A stretch of DNA of 32,000 nt from Pirellula staleyi DSM 6068. GTDB taxonomy: Bacteria > Planctomycetota > Planctomycetia > Pirellulales > Pirellulaceae. The number at the start of each line of letters is the position of its first letter. Position 1 is the first letter of the stretch. Of this stretch, positions 26,904-32,000 are shown piece after piece. The position numbers and the translations under genes are program-made. The stretch spans positions 510,001 to 542,000 of the forward strand of contig CP001848.1 in NCBI GenBank assembly GCA_000025185.1, in the 5' to 3' direction. The notes beneath the pieces were generated by a model. The model ran no database searches. It was not told the origin of the DNA and worked only from the letters and a program-made list of their open reading frames with translations.

Positions 26904-27850
26904 TCGCGCACCAGTCCTTTCGCTTTCCAATAGTCAAATGCTTCTTGTGAGTTGTTTTTTGCCAAAACTGGGTCCGTCAATACCAGTTCACCAAAGTAGG
27001 CCCACGCTTCTTGAGGAGATTGTGCCGCTTCCTTGCCGAGATTCTTCTTTTTAACAAACTCCTTTCGCCAAATCTTCTCCCAGTGCTGGCTTTCTGAAAT
27101 ATAACGCAATCCATGATCAATAGCGTGACAAAACTCATGCGCATACATCTCTGCCAAAGTCACATTGTCTGCTTCACCTGTTTCGCGACCGCCGTTCAGG
27201 TAGATTCGACACTCTTCGTAATTATAGCATCCGATTGATTCCTCATTTCGATCTAGATGTTTAGTGGCCTTCAGAAAGGCGTCATGGGACTCGTAGAACG
27301 AAACTCTCTTTACAGTTTTTAGACTGAGGTAGATTGCTCGATCTGACATGCCGTCCAAAACTTTTTGGGCAGATTTGCGAAAGAGAGTGTATCGCTCTGG
27401 ATTGACCTCTTTAATGGGTTCTAGGCCGCTTTCCACGATGCTCGCTGCGATTTCATTCATTCTCTTTCGGGGCATCTTCTTTCCGGCCTTCAATACTTCG
27501 GTGATGTGTAAATTGGTCCCTGGACCAGCCCATTGTCCATCGTTGTCAGGTTGCCCTCGTTCCTGATGTTTCCAATGATCACTGGTGTAACGATCTGGTC
27601 CGATCACTAGGGCTCGACCGATCGAGCGAAACAGACGCGATCGAACCGAATAGACTCCCTCGTGCGCCCCCGCACTCGGCTGTTGATAGCGCTGAACTCT
27701 CCCCCGCTCGGTGAACTGCTCGGGTGAGTACTCCGGTACATCGTCCCGCGAAGCACTCCCCCCCAACCACCACCCGCTGATGACGGCAAACGAATGACAC
27801 TGGACTGTGATTCGGCGGAGTTGACCGCAAACGAGTGGGCTTGATGCCAT
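26900..27850 (-). CDS. zincin metallopeptidase-like protein, anthrax lethal factor (ATLF)-like HExxH domain; possible orphan toxin module
   Basis: 'LAEMYAHEFCHAIDHG' is followed about 40 aa later by 'QEAWAYFGE', a gluzincin layout. The start is ambiguous: TTG 27940 (track), ATG 27850, or ATG 27475, which begins the low-GC recognisable domain ('MPRKRMNEIAAS...'). Confidence 0.5.
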   Translation of the reverse strand: MASSPLVCGQLRRITVQCHSFAVISGWWLGGSASRDDVPEYSPEQFTERGRVQRYQQPSAGAHEGVYSVRSRLFRSIGRALVIGPDRYTSDHWKHQERGQPDNDGQWAGPGTNLHITEVLKAGKKMPRKRMNEIAASIVESGLEPIKEVNPERYTLFRKSAQKVLDGMSDRAIYLSLKTVKRVSFYESHDAFLKATKHLDRNEESIGCYNYEECRIYLNGGRETGEADNVTLAEMYAHEFCHAIDHGLRYISESQHWEKIWRKEFVKKKNLGKEAAQSPQEAWAYFGELVLTDPVLAKNNSQEAFDYWKAKGLVRE

Positions 27851-27988
27851 GTCGTATCGCCCCAAGGTGGCACCCACAGGTAACGTGTAAAGAGCCGGGT
27901 TTCGTGACTCTTGATCAGCAGCACATCTTGTAGCGCCCAATCCCCTGAGAACTACGAAGGGAGATGGCTGAAGAGCTGCAGCAGGCGA

Positions 27989-28327
27989 TTACAGAAAGAG
28001 CGGTGCCAGCTTCAGCAGGATGCCGAGCGCGGTTTCGACGTTCTCGCGCGAGAAGAGCCGCTGCGTGGTCGCGCTATCAGCTGGGGCGGCATTCACCTTC
28101 TCGAGGATGCGGCTGATGTAGACCTCGTCGTCATGCACGACCGAGAGAGCACCGACGCCGCGCAGGTCGTCGACGATGTCGGCTACCTTGTACTCGGCAG
28201 GGATCAGGGCATCGACCACTTCGCGAGCATTGGTGGCAGCTTGTGCCTTTTCGCTGGCGGTGAGACCAACCTGCAGCAGGTCGGTGTGTTTCGAGAGGAC
28301 GATCAGACCTTGAAGTCGAGTGAACAC
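27989..28327 (-). CDS. hypothetical protein (112 aa), host-like codon usage
   Basis: GTG start at 28327 with GGAG 7 nt upstream. Third codon positions are overwhelmingly G/C when read in this frame. I recognise no family. Confidence 0.6.
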   Translation of the reverse strand: MFTRLQGLIVLSKHTDLLQVGLTASEKAQAATNAREVVDALIPAEYKVADIVDDLRGVGALSVVHDDEVYISRILEKVNAAPADSATTQRLFSRENVETALGILLKLAPLFL

Positions 28328-28578
28328 GGCAAAGCTCCATAAGAGTGAAGCTGCCGGAACTGCGAGCGCACAAAAAACGCGAGCACGCTCACAGCAGCAA
28401 AGGCTGTAAGGGTGCCCGCGATCATCGACGGGCTGGTAGGGCCGAGGCCCAAGTTCATTTAATGGTAGCTAGCTATGCGAGTGTGTCAAGGCAAGCTTCA
28501 GAATGCGTGCGTACCGACAGAAATAATTACACGCGAAACCATGCTGCTTCTGGCTCCAATTGAATGACTTGTTAACCA

Positions 28579-29283
28579 TCAATCTGTCGCTGACAGTGCG
28601 GCTGCAAAGTTCTGCTGCTCGTAGATCATTGCCTGAGAATAAATCTTGAGGGATAGTGATTGATCAACGACCCCTGGATTCGCTATCTGGTAGGACTGGA
28701 GAAAGTTTCCGATCGCATACGCCCCACTAAAATCGTTATTGCCATTCACCCATGGAGCATAAAGATTCTGAGGATCTGGAGGTGAGAGCTGCTCTCCCAG
28801 CCAAGCCCACAGGCATTCGCAGGGCAACATGGCGATGAGGCAATAAATTGGATCAAACTTGGTAGCGATGTAGCTCTCGAACTGAGAATACTGTTGGCAG
28901 ACATCGAAAGGAATGATGCTTGTGGCATCTTTTACTCGCCAAATCTGCGGAAAGGTTGCGTTGTAAGTCTGATAGCTGTTGTATTTGGCGGTTAGAAACT
29001 GCTGTAATGTCACATCACTTGCACGTTGCGCGGCTGATTGGTAGTCCGGTGCTCCGTTAAAGCAGTAATAGGCGTCATTCACATTGAAACCGCCGTACAC
29101 GACTGGATCGAGAGTCCCGGCCTTGACTCCCTGAATAAAGGGCGTTTGTAGAGCCTGCTGGGCAGTCTGAATACAAGTGTTCCACAATAACCAAAAGAGG
29201 GAGTCAGACGGCGGAGGGTCGGTACAAAGGTTATGTCTGGCTATGATTTCATCGGTGAGAACTATCCGACGTGGACTCTTCAT
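28579..29283 (-). CDS. TenA/thiaminase-II-family (haem-oxygenase-like fold) protein
   Basis: ATG 29283 with AAGGAG and a 6-nt spacer. 'TPFIQGVKAGTLDPVVY', 'LIAMLPCECLWAWLGEQL' and 'YEQQNF' align by eye with B. subtilis TenA blocks, including the catalytic Cys. GC is about 42% in line 28621-28680. Confidence 0.6.
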   Translation of the reverse strand: MKSPRRIVLTDEIIARHNLCTDPPPSDSLFWLLWNTCIQTAQQALQTPFIQGVKAGTLDPVVYGGFNVNDAYYCFNGAPDYQSAAQRASDVTLQQFLTAKYNSYQTYNATFPQIWRVKDATSIIPFDVCQQYSQFESYIATKFDPIYCLIAMLPCECLWAWLGEQLSPPDPQNLYAPWVNGNNDFSGAYAIGNFLQSYQIANPGVVDQSLSLKIYSQAMIYEQQNFAAALSATD

Positions 29284-29537
29284 CAATCGCTCCTTCAAAG
29301 GTGATGGGCGCTAAACACAAACGACGTCGTTGATGTCACGGTACCGAAGAATCACGTCTGACGATAGCAAAACAAGAACGAAAACGGCAGGACCAGAACT
29401 GACAAAACTTGTGAAGCATAAAGAAGAACAGCCAAGCTACCGGTCGCGCGGGAGCAGACGCCCAAACACAACACTATTCCCCGTCGCAAGAGTTGCCCGT
29501 CCAATGCGGCCTCTGGTGGGCTGCCTCGGCAGCCATA

Positions 29538-29894
29538 TCACGATGCCCCCTTCGCCTCAGCAATCAAGTGAATGATGGAAGCGGGGTTGGCGATCCAGAA
29601 CCCGTGAAATCCATCCGGCAATTGTTCGATCTCGTCGCACCGGACTATCCCCCAATTTTCAAGGGCTTTCTCGGCGGATACGAGGTCGTCTGTTACCACT
29701 TCCAGCCAAACCTCGGCTTGGCTCAAAGTCGGAACGCGATCGATCCACAACTGCTTATCACCGAATGCGAAGCTCACCGCTGCATCATTCGCGGTCAGTG
29801 TCGGCAAGGCTATCACATCTCGATAAAAGGCCACCGTCGCCTCGTAAAGATGTGATGGGACTTTCATCGCGATGTTGCGGCCAGCCTTGAACAT
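29538..29894 (-). CDS. VOC (glyoxalase/bleomycin-resistance/dioxygenase) fold protein
   Basis: 118 aa. 'MKVPSHLYEATVAFYRDVIALP' and the C-terminal 'GFHGFWIANPASIIHLI' are typical of single-domain VOC proteins. ATG at 29894 or 29867. Confidence 0.55.
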   Translation of the reverse strand: MFKAGRNIAMKVPSHLYEATVAFYRDVIALPTLTANDAAVSFAFGDKQLWIDRVPTLSQAEVWLEVVTDDLVSAEKALENWGIVRCDEIEQLPDGFHGFWIANPASIIHLIAEAKGAS

Positions 29895-29947
29895 GACGTA
29901 CTCACGACGCTTTAGGGAAGCGAACGCCCCAGCTCAGCAGCTTCTGG

Positions 29948-30394
29948 TTAGGTGTCTGGGCTGCGTAGCAGTGGGACTACCGAGTTCAATTCCACGAAGA
30001 CAGCCGTGTGCCAAGCCTGCTCCACAACTAGTGGTTTCCCCGCAGAAGCCAACTCGACCACAAGACGAGTACGTGTCACCGTACCGCCCTGACCATCTGT
30101 GTCGAAGCTCCCCTCCTCAGATGACTCGACTCGCCACGACCGCACTTCTGCCCACTTCAGCAGGAATCGATCGCCAGCCCAACACCGCAACTCCGTGATA
30201 CCGTGCTCGTCCGCAGCGATTCGAGTCGCGGCTGCGTGAAGCAGCATACCAATAATCAGGCAGAACCCGCCCACGAGTCCGGCGGCTTCCCAACCTGTGG
30301 CCCTGGCTTCTGCAGTCACGTCCGGCACGAATTGTAGTTCCGGCGAGGACCATAAACGTCTCTGTATAAATGCGATTGCGGATACCGCAATCAT
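29948..30394 (-). CDS. small membrane protein (2 TM plus beta-rich, bPH-like C-terminal domain)
   Basis: ATG 30394 ('MIAVSAIAFIQ...'); the track opens at TTG 30409. The second TM is 'AAGLVGGFCLIIGMLLHAAA'. The C-terminus is 'ITELRCWAGDRFLLKWAEVRSWRVE...RTRLVVELA'. Confidence 0.45.
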   Translation of the reverse strand: MIAVSAIAFIQRRLWSSPELQFVPDVTAEARATGWEAAGLVGGFCLIIGMLLHAAATRIAADEHGITELRCWAGDRFLLKWAEVRSWRVESSEEGSFDTDGQGGTVTRTRLVVELASAGKPLVVEQAWHTAVFVELNSVVPLLRSPDT

Positions 30395-30483
30395 CCCACC
30401 CCAAGCCAATCCGGTAAAGAGAAAGAATGGGTTCGTCAGCCGTCTCTCATCTTAGATAACACGCACGCTCACCATCCTTCCAC

Positions 30484-30969
30484 TTAACGCTCCGGTTGAC
30501 CGCTTTGTTCGCGGAATCGTGGAATTGCGGAGGCGAGCCCTGTAATCGCCACGAACTCCTCAAATGAGTCAGCGACCTTGATCCATTGATTGCCAGCTCG
30601 GCCCCATTGTAGCCGGAGAACACATGGTGATTCAGCCGATCGTCGATAATCGAGCACGAGTGGCGCGTCCGACCCAAGGCCAAAGTCTCCGATTGCGACC
30701 GCCAAGGTATGATCAATTCCCAATGGTGCGGCATGTTCGGAAAGCCAAAACCTATCGCCGCCATTAATGAGCATCTGAATCGTGCATTGCGGCAAAGGAT
30801 AGAAGTAAACCGTGCGTTCACCTGGCGCCCAATCGCGAATAGACTCTGGAGCGAGAATTGGATTCAGGTTCTGCGATTCCAGGTTCCCGCGTTCTGAAGG
30901 CCAGATTCCGTTAGCCGCCAAACGCAACATGAATTCCGGTACGACTAAGCGGCCATCGATCATGCGCAT
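30484..30969 (-). CDS. SMI1/KNR4 (SUKH-1)-like putative immunity protein
   Basis: ATG 30969 with GGAG 6 nt upstream; the track opens at GTG 30996. 'VVPEFMLRLAANG' and 'AIGDFGLGSDAPLVLDYRRS..PCVLRLQW....QWIKVADSFEEFV' match the SUKH pattern from memory. Confidence 0.5.
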   Translation of the reverse strand: MRMIDGRLVVPEFMLRLAANGIWPSERGNLESQNLNPILAPESIRDWAPGERTVYFYPLPQCTIQMLINGGDRFWLSEHAAPLGIDHTLAVAIGDFGLGSDAPLVLDYRRSAESPCVLRLQWGRAGNQWIKVADSFEEFVAITGLASAIPRFREQSGQPER

Positions 30970-30991
30970 TTGTTGCTCCGCGAACGACAAT

Positions 30992-31017
30992 CTCACCCGC
31001 CGCCGGGGCGGAGTGAG
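30992..31017 (-). terminator. GC-rich inter-cassette hairpin
   Basis: The minus strand reads CTCAC(T)CCGCC-ccggc-GGCGGGTGAG, a 10-bp stem with one bulge, followed by ATTGTCGTT. It sits between the stop at 31058 and the start at 30969. Confidence 0.3.
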
Positions 31018-31057
31018 CTGTGAACTCCAGAAAGCCTACATGCCCCGCCGGTCAGGG

Positions 31058-31531
31058 TCAGCGACTGGTTCGGCGTGCCTTATTGTACTCGGCGAGATCG
31101 ACCGCCATGGGGAAGTACTGCCGGAAGCTCTCGCCGATGGACCTGTCCCGGCACAGTAGCAACGTGCTGGTCGAGTCCCAGCACACGATCTCGACCTCGG
31201 CCAGCGGGTGCTGGATGCGCGGCTCGTCCACCCAAAAGCCCGCGTTGCCGTCCGCGTAGGGCACGACCGCTAGCCGGCACAGGTCGAGCGACACGTCCGG
31301 CGGGAATCCGGACAGGACCGCCCACACGAACTGCATGTCGTGCTCGGCGACCAGCCGCGTCAGCTCCTCGCCCGTCCGCCAGTGCGGCTCGCTGCCAATG
31401 AAGGGCGGCTGCTCATCATCCTCGTGAACGCCGAGCCAGCCGTACTCCAAGTCCGTGATGAGCCAATTGAAGTCCCGCTGACGGTCACCGATGGCTCGGA
31501 ACACGAGCCGCAGGTCGGTGAAGTACGGCAT
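31058..31531 (-). CDS. DUF2691-like hypothetical protein (putative immunity-type), very high codon GC
   Basis: 157 aa from ATG 31531 ('MPYFTDLRLVF...'). 'FNWLITDLEYGW', 'GEELTRLV', 'QFVWAVLSGFP' and 'EVEIVCWDSTSTLLLCRD' are present. Nearly all third positions are G/C. The track ORF extends to 31918 through lower-quality sequence; an in-frame ATG at 31687 is an alternative start. Confidence 0.5.
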   Translation of the reverse strand: MPYFTDLRLVFRAIGDRQRDFNWLITDLEYGWLGVHEDDEQPPFIGSEPHWRTGEELTRLVAEHDMQFVWAVLSGFPPDVSLDLCRLAVVPYADGNAGFWVDEPRIQHPLAEVEIVCWDSTSTLLLCRDRSIGESFRQYFPMAVDLAEYNKARRTSR

Positions 31532-31623
31532 CTCGCAGCGGCCTTCGAGAAGTGTCTCCACCGCTGAAGCCCTCCCTCGCCTAACGACCAAGGTAACCCG
31601 GCGGCGGCCAAGAACCTTTGATT

Positions 31624-31652
31624 TCAAAACCCACCCGAACCGCCGCTCGGGT
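31624..31652 (-). terminator. hairpin plus T4 downstream of the 31692 ORF
   Basis: The minus strand reads ACCCGA-gcggcggt-TCGGGT followed by GGGTTTTGAAAT. It would be internal if the next CDS starts at 31687. Confidence 0.35.
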
Positions 31653-31691
31653 TGATCGCCTTGTTCGGAAGCTTTTGTCAGCCGCATGTTC

Positions 31692-32000
31692 TTAAAACGG
31701 ACGGCCTTTCTTGAATGGGAACTGGGGCCAAGGAATGAGTGGCTGTCCAATGGACTGCGATTCCCACTGTGCATTGATATATTGTAATGGAGAGTCGGCA
31801 ATTTGACGCCAGGTGACGGACGGAAACATTGTGATTGCCCAATGATCGCAGTCCCATGAAATGTACAGATCAGAGTCAGGAATCCATGACAGAATGTGCT
31901 CTGGAGTGTAGCCGTCACAACTCTCTACCAGATTGACGACTGGAACCGCGTAATAGCCTTCAATACCTTTGTTCGGATCGGACGCAACGTCGTGCAATGA
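31692..32000 (-). CDS. hypothetical protein, 3-prime part only (frame open to the window edge); possibly immunity-like
   Basis: The frame is still open at 32000, since the codon at 31998-32000 is sense. 'YYAVPVVNLVESCDGYTPEHILSWIPDSDLYISWDCDHWAITMF' matches no family I recognise. GC is about 48%. Confidence 0.4.
   Translation of the reverse strand, partial: SLHDVASDPNKGIEGYYAVPVVNLVESCDGYTPEHILSWIPDSDLYISWDCDHWAITMFPSVTWRQIADSPLQYINAQWESQSIGQPLIPWPQFPFKKGRPF

Noticed and set aside
27911-28342. 143-aa plus-strand ORF opposite the 112-aa gene
   Set aside because: The minus-strand frame has a GGAG SD, a GTG start and strongly G/C-biased third positions. The plus-strand frame does not.
29900-31700. 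Integron gene-cassette array (same-strand small ORFs of heterogeneous GC separated by hairpins)
   Set aside because: I looked for attC core sites (RYYYAAC ... GTTRRRY) flanking the hairpins at 30992-31017, 31633-31652 and in the 30395-30483 spacer. I found none, and there is no intI. An IntegronFinder/attC covariance model run would be the decisive test.
1-32000. CRISPR arrays, rRNA, IS elements with terminal inverted repeats
   Set aside because: I saw no regularly spaced direct repeats, no rRNA-like conserved blocks and no transposase-like ORFs on either strand.

Overview
High-GC bacterial chromosome segment, about 57-60% GC by hand counts of single 60-nt lines. The gene content (DUF1559 pseudopilin-like protein, sulfatase, G8/beta-helix protein, many Tat/lipoprotein leaders) suggests Planctomycetota, Pirellulales-like; this is an inference. 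Positions 1 to about 24100 look like ordinary core genome. They hold an orphan ParA, a beta-carbonic anhydrase, and a minus-strand DUF1559 -> small lipoprotein -> G8 beta-helix -> sulfatase operon. They also hold a KdaD-like FAH protein with a KGSADH-like aldehyde dehydrogenase, a proline-rich lipoprotein, a DUF2254-like membrane protein, a deoxyhypusine-synthase homologue, a tandem alpha/beta hydrolase, a VIT-vWA protein, LOG and PhoD. From about 24.7 kb to the window end the character changes. A 41-nt 5-prime stub of tRNA-Arg(CCT) at 25037-25077 is followed by a compositionally mosaic array of short ORFs, all on the minus strand. The array contains a phage-like protease/scaffold remnant, a C14 homopolymer, and an anthrax-LF-like (HEFCH) zincin ORF with an internal GC break that is ATGA-coupled to a 64-aa ORF. 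It also contains TenA-like and VOC proteins and a run of SUKH/SMI1-KNR4-like and DUF2691-like putative immunity genes with very different codon GC. I read this as a decayed tRNA-associated island that combines prophage debris with the tail of a polymorphic-toxin/orphan-immunity locus. The toxin gene, if there is one, would lie beyond position 32000. I saw no rRNA, intact tRNA, CRISPR array, transposase or integrase. All family assignments come from motif recognition by eye, not from database searches.
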